Shown piece by piece: positions 19,721-28,690 of a stretch of DNA of 46,656 nucleotides. Below the pieces are notes generated by a model. It was not told where the DNA came from, did no database searches, and worked only from the letters and a program-made list of their open reading frames with translations. How positions within the stretch are numbered: the first letter of the stretch is position 1; each line of letters begins with the position of its first letter. Position numbers and translations under genes: made by a program. Source of the stretch: Nocardioides sp. (GTDB taxonomy: Bacteria > Actinomycetota > Actinomycetes > Propionibacteriales > Nocardioidaceae); contig DAINSL010000002.1 in the NCBI GenBank assembly GCA_036741335.1, positions 1-46,656 of the forward strand, in the 5' to 3' direction.

Positions 19721-20497
19721 ATGGACATCTCCGGATCCTCGGCCGTGGTCACCGGCGCCGCCTCGGGCATCGGCGCGGCCGTCGCCCGCCGGCTCGCCGC
19801 GGCCGGTGCCACGGTGCTCATCGCCGACGTGCAGGACGACAAGGGCCGGGCACTGGCCGACGAGCTGGGCGGCGCGTTCGCCCACGTCGACGTCACCGAC
19901 ACCGCGCAGATCACCGCCGCCGTCGACCGGGCCTCGGAGCTCGGCCCGCTCCGGGTGCTGGTCAACTCCGCGGGCATCGGCCCCGCCGCCCGCACCGTCG
20001 GCCGCGACGGCGCCTTCGAGTCGGCGCACGACCTCGACCTGTACAAGAGGGTGATCGCCATCAACCTGATCGGTACCTTCGACGCGATCCGGATCGCGGG
20101 TACGGCGATGAGCCGGCTCGACCCACTCGAGTCCGGCGAGCGCGGGTCGATCGTGAACGTGGCCAGCGTCGCGGCGTTCGACGGCCAGATCGGGCAGGCG
20201 GCGTACTCCTCCTCCAAGGGCGGAATCGTCGGGATGACCCTGCCCGTGGCCCGCGACCTGGCCGCGATCGCCGTACGCGTGAACACCGTGGCGCCCGGCC
20301 TGATCGACACCCCGATCTACGGCGAGGGCGAGCAGGCCGAGGCGCTCAAGGCCAAGCTCGGCGAGTCGGTGCTGTTCCCGAGGCGACTGGGCTCACCCGA
20401 CGAGCTGGCCTCGATGGTGATGGAGTGCCTCACCAACTCCTACATGAACGGTGCCGTCGTCCGGGTCGACGGCGGCATCCGGATGCCCCCGAAGTAG
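19721..20497 (+). CDS. SDR oxidoreductase (3-hydroxyacyl-CoA dehydrogenase type 2-like)
   Basis: TGAASGIG, NSAGIG, ASVAAFDGQIGQAAYSSSKGG, TLPVARDL, RVDGGIRM. Confidence 0.92.
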   Translation: MDISGSSAVVTGAASGIGAAVARRLAAAGATVLIADVQDDKGRALADELGGAFAHVDVTDTAQITAAVDRASELGPLRVLVNSAGIGPAARTVGRDGAFESAHDLDLYKRVIAINLIGTFDAIRIAGTAMSRLDPLESGERGSIVNVASVAAFDGQIGQAAYSSSKGGIVGMTLPVARDLAAIAVRVNTVAPGLIDTPIYGEGEQAEALKAKLGESVLFPRRLGSPDELASMVMECLTNSYMNGAVVRVDGGIRMPPK

Positions 20498-20538
20498 TCC
20501 CGGAGGAATCTCCGCGACGGACCCGTCGTTGGCCGGTC

Positions 20539-21459
20539 ATGAGCGAGTCGATGCGGGCAGTCGTCGTCGAGCAGCCCGGTGGTCCCGAGGCGCTCAAGCT
20601 GGTCGACCTCCCGGTCCCCGAGTCCGCACCCGGCGAGGTGCTGGTGCGGGTCGAGGCCGTGGGCGTCAACCCGGTCGACTGCTGGAACCGGGCCGACCCG
20701 TCGTGGGCGGGCATCGAGGCGCCGTACGTGGTGGGCTACGAGTTCGCCGGCCGGGTCATCGGGTCGGGCGAGGAGGTCTGGGGCCTGCTGCCGGTGCAGG
20801 GCACGCGGTACGGCGCGCTGGCCGAGCAGGTCGTCGTTCCCGCCGGGCTGGTCGCGCCGCGCCCACCTGACCTGGACGCGGTGACCGCGGCCGCCTTGCC
20901 ACTGGCCGGCTGCACGGCGCTGCAGGTGCTGGACCGTCTCGGTCTCCTGGCGGGCGCCTGGCTGCTGGTGCACGGCGCCGCGGGAGGAGTCGGGCACCTG
21001 CTGGTGCAGATGGCCAGGCGCCGCGGTCTCCACGTCGCCGCCGCGTCACGACCACATGACCGGGCCCGCCTGGAGGCGCTCGGCGTCGACCTCTGGCTCG
21101 ACCGGTCGGTCACCGACCCGGCCGCCGCGGCCGGGCGGGCGCTCGGGCACGAGTTCGACGCGGTCGTCGACCTGGTCGGCGGCCTGCTGGAGCCGTCTCT
21201 GCCCCACGTCCGCGTCGGGGGGCATGCCGCCACGATCGTCGACCTCGCAGGCGACCTCGACCTGGCCATCGACCGCAACCTCGACCTCCACGGCGTCCTC
21301 GTGCGCGCCGGCCGCGAGCGCCTCGACGCGCTCGCCGCGGAAGTGGCCTCCGGGGTGCGTCCGACCGTCGTCGCGACGTACCCGCTCGAGCAGGCGGCCG
21401 ACGCCCACCGCCGCCTCGAGGCCGGCGGCGTCGGCGGCAAGCTGGTGATGGTTCCCTAG
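20539..21459 (+). CDS. NADP-dependent MDR / quinone-oxidoreductase-like protein
   Basis: VGVNPVD, GYEFAG, AAALPLAGCTA, HGAAGGVG and GKLV motifs. Confidence 0.88.
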   Translation: MSESMRAVVVEQPGGPEALKLVDLPVPESAPGEVLVRVEAVGVNPVDCWNRADPSWAGIEAPYVVGYEFAGRVIGSGEEVWGLLPVQGTRYGALAEQVVVPAGLVAPRPPDLDAVTAAALPLAGCTALQVLDRLGLLAGAWLLVHGAAGGVGHLLVQMARRRGLHVAAASRPHDRARLEALGVDLWLDRSVTDPAAAAGRALGHEFDAVVDLVGGLLEPSLPHVRVGGHAATIVDLAGDLDLAIDRNLDLHGVLVRAGRERLDALAAEVASGVRPTVVATYPLEQAADAHRRLEAGGVGGKLVMVP

Positions 21460-23951
21460 GCCCGCACGCGTGCGCTGGTCGGGTCGTACATCGGCCGCAG
21501 GCTGACCTCTGCGTCCCACAGCTCTCCGGCGACGTCGACCTGCCACGACCCGGCCTCGAGCCATTCCTTGGTCACGCCTGGGGCCTCGTTCGAGGTGACG
21601 AATGCGAGGCCGACCGACGACCCCAGCGTCCAGCCGTACGACGCCGCGCGGACGTAGCCGACCACCTCGCCGTCGCGCAGCATCGGCTCGGCGTGGAACA
21701 GCAGCGGAGCCGGGTCGAGCACGCGCATCTGCACCAGCCGCGACGGCATCGGCTGCCCGCGGCGCTTGGAGAGGGCCTCGCGCCCGATGAAATCGTGCTC
21801 CCACTCGACGGCGAACCCGAGCCCCACCGAGAGCGGGCAGTCGGTGTTGTCGATGTCGTGGCCGAAGTCGCGGTAGGCCTTCTCCATCCGCAGGCTCGAC
21901 AGCGCCTTGAGCCCGACCGGCTCGACCCCCGGCGCCGCCACCAGCGCGTCGTACACGGCCAGGGCGTCGGCGGCCGGCACGTAGAGCTCGTAGCCCAGCT
22001 CGCCGAGGTAGGTGATCCGGGCACACGTCACCGGCACGCCCGCCACCTCGATCGGGGCGACGGTCCGGAACGGGAACGCCTCGGTCGACAGGTCGGCGTC
22101 GGTCAGGGTCGCCAGTGCGTCGCGGGAGAGAGGGCCCTGCAGGTTGAGCTGGGCGTACGCCGTGGTGACGTCCTCGATGCGTACGTCGAGCCCGGGCGTG
22201 ACCGCGCGTCGCAGCCAGTCCAGCGCGTGGCCGTGGGCGGTGTCGGAGGCGATCACCAGCCACCGGTCGGCGGCCAGCCGAGACACCGTGAGGTCGGCCT
22301 CGATCCGGCCGTCGTCGTTGAGCCACTGGGTGTAGGTGATCTGGTGGCGCTCGACCTCGGGGCTCAGGTCGAGCCCGCCCGCGCTGACTTGGGCGAGGAG
22401 CGGGCCGGTGTCGGCGCCGGTGACCTCGAACTTGGCCATGAACGACATGTCCATCAGCCCGACGCCGTCGCGGACGATCCGGTGCTCCCGGCGCCACTCC
22501 TCGAACCACGGCGCCACGCCCCAGGTCGGCTCGGCGCGCGGGGTCTCGCCGTACCCGGCGAACCAGTCGGCGCCCTCCCAGCCGGACACCTCGCGCAGGT
22601 AACCGCCCTGCTCGACCAGTCGTGAGTGCACCGGCGAGAGGAGCGCGTTGCGGGCGGTGCGGAGCTGCTTGCCGGGCGTGTGCGCGGCGTACACGGTGCC
22701 GAGGATCTCGGTGGTCCGGTCGCGGCGGTACGCCGGCTCGAGCTGGTCGGCGCGGAAGCGGGCGACGTCGAAGCCGGTCACGTCGACGTCGGGCAGCCCC
22801 TCGGTGATCCAGGTGGCGAGCACCCGGCCGAGGCCGCCGGCGGACAGGATGCCGACGGAGTTCATGCCTGCGGCCACGAAGTAGCCGCGGATCCCGGGCA
22901 CCTCGCCGACGGCGGGCATCAGGTCGGGCGTGAACGACTCGGGCCCGCAGAAGAACGTGCGGACGCCCGCGTCGAGCGTGACCGGCACCCGCTCCATCGC
23001 GGTCTGCAGGAACGGCGCCATCCGGTCCCAGTCGGGCGGCAGCGTGCCGAACGAGAAGTCCGGCGGGATCCCGTCGACCCGCCAGGCCGCGGCGGACGGC
23101 TCGAACAGGCCGACCATCATCCCGCCGCCCTCCTCGCGGTAGTAGCCGTGGGCGGCGGGGTCCTCGAAGACCGGTGCGTTCGGGTCGAGCCCCTCGATGG
23201 TGTCGGTGATCAGGTAGTAGTGCTCGGCCGCCTGGTTGGGGATCACCAGGCCGTTGCGCTCACCGAGCTCGCGGGCCCACATGCCGGTGCAGTTGACGAC
23301 GTACTCCGCCTGGATCTCGACCGTTTCGTCGGTGGAGCCCGTCGAGACCCGTACGCCGGTCACGGCACCGACTCCACCGCCGGTCGAGCCTGGCTGCACC
23401 AGGATGTCGGTGACCCGCGCGCCCTCGACGACGCGGACGCCGAGGTTCTTCGCCCCGCGGGCCAGCGACTGGGTCAGGTCGACCGGGTTGACCCGGCCGT
23501 CGCCCGGGACGTGGAAGCCGGAGAGCAGGTCGTCGGTCTTCGCCCACGGGAAGAGGTCCGACATCTCCCGCGGCCCGATCTCCTCGACCTCGAGCCCGAA
23601 GTGGCGCTGGAACGCCGTGACCCGGCGGTACTCGTGCTGCCGGTCCGCGTCGGCCGCGGCCTCGATCAGCCCGACCGGCTTGAATCCCGTGGCCAGACCC
23701 GTCTCGGCCTCGAGGCGTGCGTAGAGGTCGCGGGAGTAGAGCCGGATCCCGGTGGAGGTCTCCGACGTCGAGCCGAAGCAGGTCATCAGCCCGGCCGCGT
23801 GCCACGTCGTACCGCTGGTGAGGCGGTCACGCTCGAGGAGTACGACGTCGGTCCAGCCGGCGTGAGCCAGGTGGTAGGCCAACGAGCATCCGATGACGCC
23901 GCCGCCGATGATCACGACCCGGGCGCGGCCGGGGAGCTCGGGAGGACTCAC
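21456..23951 (-). CDS. GcvT-family FAD-dependent oxidoreductase (dimethylglycine/sarcosine dehydrogenase-like)
   Basis: IIGGGVIG, TSGTTWHAAG, GPESFTPD, GCV_T domain (DMSFMAK, YLGELGYEL, SLRMEK). GTG 23951 is preceded by -10 TACCGT. Confidence 0.92.
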   Translation of the reverse strand: MSPPELPGRARVVIIGGGVIGCSLAYHLAHAGWTDVVLLERDRLTSGTTWHAAGLMTCFGSTSETSTGIRLYSRDLYARLEAETGLATGFKPVGLIEAAADADRQHEYRRVTAFQRHFGLEVEEIGPREMSDLFPWAKTDDLLSGFHVPGDGRVNPVDLTQSLARGAKNLGVRVVEGARVTDILVQPGSTGGGVGAVTGVRVSTGSTDETVEIQAEYVVNCTGMWARELGERNGLVIPNQAAEHYYLITDTIEGLDPNAPVFEDPAAHGYYREEGGGMMVGLFEPSAAAWRVDGIPPDFSFGTLPPDWDRMAPFLQTAMERVPVTLDAGVRTFFCGPESFTPDLMPAVGEVPGIRGYFVAAGMNSVGILSAGGLGRVLATWITEGLPDVDVTGFDVARFRADQLEPAYRRDRTTEILGTVYAAHTPGKQLRTARNALLSPVHSRLVEQGGYLREVSGWEGADWFAGYGETPRAEPTWGVAPWFEEWRREHRIVRDGVGLMDMSFMAKFEVTGADTGPLLAQVSAGGLDLSPEVERHQITYTQWLNDDGRIEADLTVSRLAADRWLVIASDTAHGHALDWLRRAVTPGLDVRIEDVTTAYAQLNLQGPLSRDALATLTDADLSTEAFPFRTVAPIEVAGVPVTCARITYLGELGYELYVPAADALAVYDALVAAPGVEPVGLKALSSLRMEKAYRDFGHDIDNTDCPLSVGLGFAVEWEHDFIGREALSKRRGQPMPSRLVQMRVLDPAPLLFHAEPMLRDGEVVGYVRAASYGWTLGSSVGLAFVTSNEAPGVTKEWLEAGSWQVDVAGELWDAEVSLRPMYDPTSARVRA
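23327..23349 (-). repeat. Family-A palindromic element (short form), in-frame in the gcvT-family gene
   Basis: Reverse complement GGTCTCGACGGGCTCCACCGACG, read as VSTGSTD; a degenerate second copy lies at 23377-23400 (GSTGG). Confidence 0.65.
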
Positions 23952-24017
23952 CGGGCCACGGTAGCGCTGCGTCGGCACCGGCCGAGCGCCGGTCGGGGAG
24001 GCCCACAAGCCCGCGTT

Positions 24018-24086
24018 GTGCACCGCTCTGGCCCGAATCAACGCCAGTCCGGGGCCACAAACGTGCACAGGTATGACCAGTGGCCC
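24018..24086. repeat. Family-B 69-bp palindromic element, copy 1 (abuts the DUF559-like stop codon)
   Basis: Shares TGGCCC...TCCGGGGCCACAA..GTGCA...AGTGGCCC with 41507-41575. Confidence 0.75.
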
Positions 24087-25070
24087 TTACGCCGCCGATG
24101 AGTGTCCAGGGAAGTGCGGGCGCCAGTCGTCCCGAGGGCGTGCGGGCAGTCCGGTCAGTCGGCGTGCCCTGAGTACGCCGAAAACCCGCTCGACCGTGCG
24201 ACCCGGCTCGGCGTACACGCCACGCGAGGTCACCACGAGCAACCGCCATCCGCCGTCGTCGATCCACTCGCGCCGGTCGAGGTCGCGCTCCCAGGTCTCC
24301 TCGCGGACGATGTGGTGGCGGCCGTCGTACTCGACGATCACCTTGACGCCCGGCCAGCTGAGGTCGAACCGCCGGACCGGCTCGCCGTCCACGTCGCGGA
24401 TCGTGTGGTTGATCGTGGGCTCCGGGACGCCGGCGAGCACGAGCAGCATGCGCAGCCGCGACTCCATGGGCGAGTCGACGCCGGCCCGCACATGAGCCGC
24501 CGCACGCCGCGCGAGGCGACCCGCGCGTCCCGCGATCGTGGTCGAGTGTTCCCGCAGGGCCGTGACCGTCGTCAGGCCCCGTCGGACCAGGTGATCGCCC
24601 ACCACGACGAGGTCGACGAGATCGAGCGTCGTTGCGAGCTCGCCGAACAAGGCAGCCGGCGTCGAGCATCGCCGACCACGCACCATCGCAGCGTCCGGCT
24701 CGAGTGCCACGTGGCAGATGACTCCCTCGCGTCGGCGCCGGTGACGGGGGTCGAGCACCGTCACGTGCTCGTCGGGAGACGCCGGGATCGGAACCCGTAG
24801 CAGCCGGGCCGCCGAGGCGTGGCTGGCGTACGCCGACGCGTCGTACCACAGCAGCGCTGCGTCGATCCGCTCCTCGTCCCACCTCCGCACCGAGGCGTCC
24901 ACGAAGACGCCTCGCAGGATCCTGCGGAACCGCGGACCTCGGAGCGCCTTTGCGCCGATGCCTGCCCGCAGCGCTGCGGCGCGCGTGAACGGACGTCGTA
25001 TGTCGAGATGCTCCTCCACCACGAGGTCCACCCTGTCGCCCACGGCGTGTCCCGCGTCGAGCTCCTCCAC
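24087..25070 (-). CDS. AbiEi-like N-terminus / DUF559 (Vsr-like PD-(D/E)XK) protein
   Basis: ASHASAARL, DSPMESRLRMLLV.AG.PEP, RFDLSWP, VEYDGRHH, DLDRRE, GWRLLVVT. True start may be GTG near 25022. Confidence 0.8.
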   Translation of the reverse strand: MEELDAGHAVGDRVDLVVEEHLDIRRPFTRAAALRAGIGAKALRGPRFRRILRGVFVDASVRRWDEERIDAALLWYDASAYASHASAARLLRVPIPASPDEHVTVLDPRHRRRREGVICHVALEPDAAMVRGRRCSTPAALFGELATTLDLVDLVVVGDHLVRRGLTTVTALREHSTTIAGRAGRLARRAAAHVRAGVDSPMESRLRMLLVLAGVPEPTINHTIRDVDGEPVRRFDLSWPGVKVIVEYDGRHHIVREETWERDLDRREWIDDGGWRLLVVTSRGVYAEPGRTVERVFGVLRARRLTGLPARPRDDWRPHFPGHSSAA

Positions 25071-25143
25071 AGGGTCGCGTCAGGCGGACCCGTGGGCTTA
25101 ACGGTGTGCGGTGGCCACGCGGGCCACCTACTCTGGACGGCAT

Positions 25144-26718
25144 ATGACGAACGCACACGATCACTTCACCCTCGACACCGAGCTGGACGCCACGACCGGC
25201 TGGGACGAGGACTCCGTCGAGGACCTCGTTGATGACGAGGCCGACGACGAGACCGACGACGAGGCCGACGAGGAGACCGACGACGAGGCCGACGAGGAGA
25301 CCGACGAGTGGGAGTCGGGGTACGCCGATGACGGTGACGACCAGGACCCCGAGCTGACGACCGGTGAGCAGGACCTCGCCGAGCGCTACGCCCTGCGCCG
25401 GGTCGCCGGGCTGTCGACCGAGCTCGAGGACATCTCCGAGGTCGAGTACCGCCAGCTCCGGCTGGAACGCGTCATCCTGGTCGGCGTCTGGACCGAGGGC
25501 AGCGTCGAGACGGCCGAGAACTCCATGGCCGAGCTCGCCGCACTGGCCGAGACTGCCGGGTCCGAGGTGCTCGACGCGATCTACCAGCGCCGCAACAAGC
25601 CCGACCCGGCGACCTACATCGGCCGCGGCAAGGTCGACGGGCTCCGCGAGATCGTGCGGGCCACCGGCGCCGACACCGTGATCATGGACGGCGACCTCGC
25701 GCCCAGCCAGCTGCGCAACCTCGAGGACAAGGTCAAGGTCAAGGTCGTCGACCGCACCGCGCTGATCCTCGACATCTTCGCCCAGCACGCGAAGAGCGCG
25801 GAGGGCCAGGCGCAGGTCGAGCTGGCCCAGCTGAGCTACATGAAGCAGCGCCTGCGCGGCTGGGGTGGCAACCTGTCTCGCCAGGCCGGCGGGCAGGCGG
25901 CCGGTGGCGATGGCATCGGTGGCCGCGGTCCCGGTGAGACCAAGATCGAGACCGACCGGCGCCGCATCAACACCAAGATCGCCAAACTGCGCCGCGAGCT
26001 CGCGCACATGAAGGGCACCCGCGACACCAAGCGCCAGGAGCGTCGTCGCCACCACATCCCGAGCGTCGCCATCGCCGGCTACACCAACGCCGGCAAGTCG
26101 AGCCTGCTCAACCGGCTGACCGGCGCGGGTGTGCTGGTCGAGGACGCGCTCTTCGCCACCCTCGACCCGACGACCCGTCGTACGACGACCAGCGACGGCC
26201 GCGTGTACACGATGAGCGACACCGTCGGCTTCGTCCGGCACCTGCCGCACCAGCTGGTCGAAGCGTTCCGCTCGACGCTGGAGGAGGTCGCCGACTCCGA
26301 CCTGATCCTGCACGTCGTCGACGGGTCGCACCCCGACCCCGAGGGCCAGATCGCGGCGGTGCGTGAGGTGTTGGCCGAGATCGGCGCGGACAAGGTGCCC
26401 GAGATCATCGTGATCAACAAGGCCGACGCCGCCGACCCGATGGTGCTGGCGCGCCTCAAGCAGCGGGAGCCGCACGCGGTCGTGCTGAGCGCCCTGACCG
26501 GCGAGGGCGTCGACGAGGCACTCGCGGTCGTCGAGGGCGAGCTGCCGCGGCCCGGCGTGGAGTTCAGCGCGCTGGTGCCCTACGCGCGGGGCGACCTGCT
26601 CGACCGGCTCCACCAGCACGGCGAGATCCAGTCGATCGAGCACACCGGCGACGGCACCGTCGTCCGCGGCCGTGCGCATGCCGACCTCGCCGGCGAGCTC
26701 GCGGCGTACCCCGTCTGA
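25144..26718 (+). CDS. hflX: Ribosome-splitting GTPase HflX with acidic N-terminal extension
   Basis: YIGRGK, DRTALILDIFAQHA, GPGETKIETDRR, GYTNAGKS, LFATLDPT, DTVGF and NKAD motifs. Confidence 0.97.
   Translation: MTNAHDHFTLDTELDATTGWDEDSVEDLVDDEADDETDDEADEETDDEADEETDEWESGYADDGDDQDPELTTGEQDLAERYALRRVAGLSTELEDISEVEYRQLRLERVILVGVWTEGSVETAENSMAELAALAETAGSEVLDAIYQRRNKPDPATYIGRGKVDGLREIVRATGADTVIMDGDLAPSQLRNLEDKVKVKVVDRTALILDIFAQHAKSAEGQAQVELAQLSYMKQRLRGWGGNLSRQAGGQAAGGDGIGGRGPGETKIETDRRRINTKIAKLRRELAHMKGTRDTKRQERRRHHIPSVAIAGYTNAGKSSLLNRLTGAGVLVEDALFATLDPTTRRTTTSDGRVYTMSDTVGFVRHLPHQLVEAFRSTLEEVADSDLILHVVDGSHPDPEGQIAAVREVLAEIGADKVPEIIVINKADAADPMVLARLKQREPHAVVLSALTGEGVDEALAVVEGELPRPGVEFSALVPYARGDLLDRLHQHGEIQSIEHTGDGTVVRGRAHADLAGELAAYPV
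25231..25308 (+). repeat. 24-bp in-frame tandem repeat x3.25 (DDEAD[D/E]ET)
   Basis: Units 25231-25254, 25255-25278 and 25279-25302, plus a partial unit. Confidence 0.9.
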
Positions 26719-26743
26719 GCGTTCCGCGTCGTACGCTCGGACC

Positions 26744-27613
26744 GTGTTCACCACAATGACGCTGCGCGACGGGCGGACCCTGGAGTACGCCGACCTCGGT
26801 GATCCGTCCGGCACACCGGTGCTGTTCTTCCACGGCACGCCTGGCACCGGCGGACAAGGCGCCGTCATCGCCGACGCAGCCCGCACCCATGGCGTCCGGC
26901 TCGTCGGGCTGAGCCGGCCGGGGTACGGCGCCTCCACGACCAGCCCGCCGGGCCTGTCGGGAACCGCCGCGGACGCAGTCGAGCTGGCCGACCGGCTGGC
27001 ACTCGAGCGGTTCGCGGTGATGGGAGCCTCAGGTGGAGGTCCGTTCGCCCTCGCCCTCGCCGCGATCGCGCCAAACCGGGTCACGTCGGTCGCTGTCCTC
27101 GGCGGTCCCGGGGACCACTCCGAGGTGAGTCCCGAAGATCTGGACGAGGAAGACCGTCGGGCGATCGAACTGCTGGCGACCGGTGACGTCGACGGTGCGG
27201 CGGCTGTGTTGACCGATTGGTCGGAGACCAACTTCGGGCCTCTCCAGAGATTGTCGGACGAGGAGTTCGGGGCCGAGTTAGCGAAGACCAGACCGCCCGG
27301 AGAGAACTGGCTCGACGGACACCCCGACCTCCTGCCGGTGTTCGAGGCCGACTTCCACCGCGCCATCGCGACCTTCGACGGCTTCGTGCGGGACAACCTC
27401 TCCTGGCTGGGAGCGTGGGACTTCGACCTGGCCACGGTCACCGCGCCAGTCCGGCTCGTCCACGGCGACAGCGACAGGATGGTCCCACCGGCACACGGGG
27501 AGTGGCTGCGCGAGCGGCTCGCGAACAGCCAGCAGCACGTCATACCGGGCGGTCACGGCCACGCCACCTTCGGCGCGGCGGTCGACACGTTCGCCACTAT
27601 CGCCGGGCCGTGA
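26744..27613 (+). CDS. Alpha/beta hydrolase
   Basis: FHGTPG, RPGYG, nucleophile elbow GASGGG, HGDSDRMVP, GGH; GTG 26744 lies 6 nt after -10 TACGCT. Confidence 0.9.
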   Translation: MFTTMTLRDGRTLEYADLGDPSGTPVLFFHGTPGTGGQGAVIADAARTHGVRLVGLSRPGYGASTTSPPGLSGTAADAVELADRLALERFAVMGASGGGPFALALAAIAPNRVTSVAVLGGPGDHSEVSPEDLDEEDRRAIELLATGDVDGAAAVLTDWSETNFGPLQRLSDEEFGAELAKTRPPGENWLDGHPDLLPVFEADFHRAIATFDGFVRDNLSWLGAWDFDLATVTAPVRLVHGDSDRMVPPAHGEWLRERLANSQQHVIPGGHGHATFGAAVDTFATIAGP

Positions 27614-27691
27614 CCGTGCCCTGACCCACGGGGATGAGATCGGTCCAGCTCGAGGTCCATGTCGGACAACCGGACGTTGGGGATGCGCCGG

Positions 27692-27752
27692 TCAACTGCC
27701 GGTCAAGACAGGATTAAGAAAATCTCAAGACCCGTGATCTTGTCGTGATCTT
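27692..27752. promoter_or_regulatory. 11-bp-period direct-repeat array (OmpR-type operator-like), orphaned
   Basis: TCAACT 27692, TCAAGA 27703, TTAAGA 27714, TCAAGA 27725; then CGTGATCTT at 27733 and 27744. Confidence 0.6.
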
Positions 27753-28383
27753 TACGGGATGACGCCGGTCGCGTCGACCAGGCGGATGCCGGCCCCGCGC
27801 ACGCTGAGCAGGTAGCGGGGTGCGGCGGCGGTCTCTCCGAGCTTGCGACGCAGCCAGGACAGGTGGACGTCGACGGTCCGGTCGGACCCGCCGTACGCCT
27901 GCTGCCACACCTCGGCCAGCAGCTCGCGCTTGGTGACGACCTCGCCGGACCGCTGCGCCAAGGCGAGCAACAGGTCGAACTCCTTGCGCGCCAGCTGGAG
28001 GCGCTCATCCGCCAGTACGGCGATGCGGCTGCGCGCATGGATCGACAGGTCGCCGATCCGGATCGGGTCGTCGGTCTGAGCGCGCCCGCCGCGGCGCAGC
28101 AGGGCCCGGATCCGGGCGGCGACCTGCTCGATGCCGAACGGCTTGAGGACGTAGTCGTCGGCGCCGGCGTCGAGCGCCCGCACCATCGTGCTCACGGTGA
28201 AGCCGTCGACATCGGGCAGCCCGAGGTGTCGAGGAGGACCAGGTCCGGGGTCGTGGTGAGGATCGCCTCCAGGCCCGCGATGCCGTTCGGTGCCCCGACC
28301 ACGACGTGGTCGCGCTCGGTCAGCCCCGTCATGAGGGCCTCACGGATCGTCTGGTCATCCTCGATGACCAGAATGCAACTCAT
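27752..28383 (-). pseudogene. OmpR-family response regulator pseudogene (paralog of 33673-34359)
   Basis: MSCILVIEDD...LVLLD, then 2 extra nt (28226-28227) before LGLPDVDG; about 21 codons missing versus the paralog; the winged-helix domain is intact and near-identical. Confidence 0.85.
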
Positions 28384-28492
28384 GCGAACAGGTAACCATT
28401 CTTTGGAATGACGTGACAGCCGCCGCGTCGACACGGGTGCGAAGCATGCTGGAGTGCCTCGGAGCAGTACCACGACCGGATGGGTTGCCTGG

Positions 28493-28690
28493 TCAGGTGT
28501 CGACCAGTCGCAGCGCCAGGCGCGGGCACATCCGCACCGCCTCCCGGGCCAGACCGAGCAGCTCGGGGGTGACCTCCCCGCTCACGATCGGGTAGCCCCA
28601 CTCGTCGAGATCGACCACCTCGGGCAGCAGCTCGTGGCACACCCCGCGGGCGTGGCAGGCCGGCCAGTCCACCCGCAGCGCGCGGTTCAC
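28493..28690 (-). CDS. Small ferredoxin (3Fe-4S type, Fer4_13/15-like)
   Basis: 65 aa, VDWPACHARGVC...LDEWGYP...CPRLAL; GTGA overlap with the upstream gene. Confidence 0.88.
   Translation of the reverse strand: MNRALRVDWPACHARGVCHELLPEVVDLDEWGYPIVSGEVTPELLGLAREAVRMCPRLALRLVDT

Noticed and set aside
23827..27543. 1238-aa minus-strand ORF and other long overlapping ORFs (e.g. 39600-42764, 3263-5533, 43553-45610)
   Set aside because: Shadow frames typical of high-GC DNA; they overlap clearly recognisable genes and lack family motifs.
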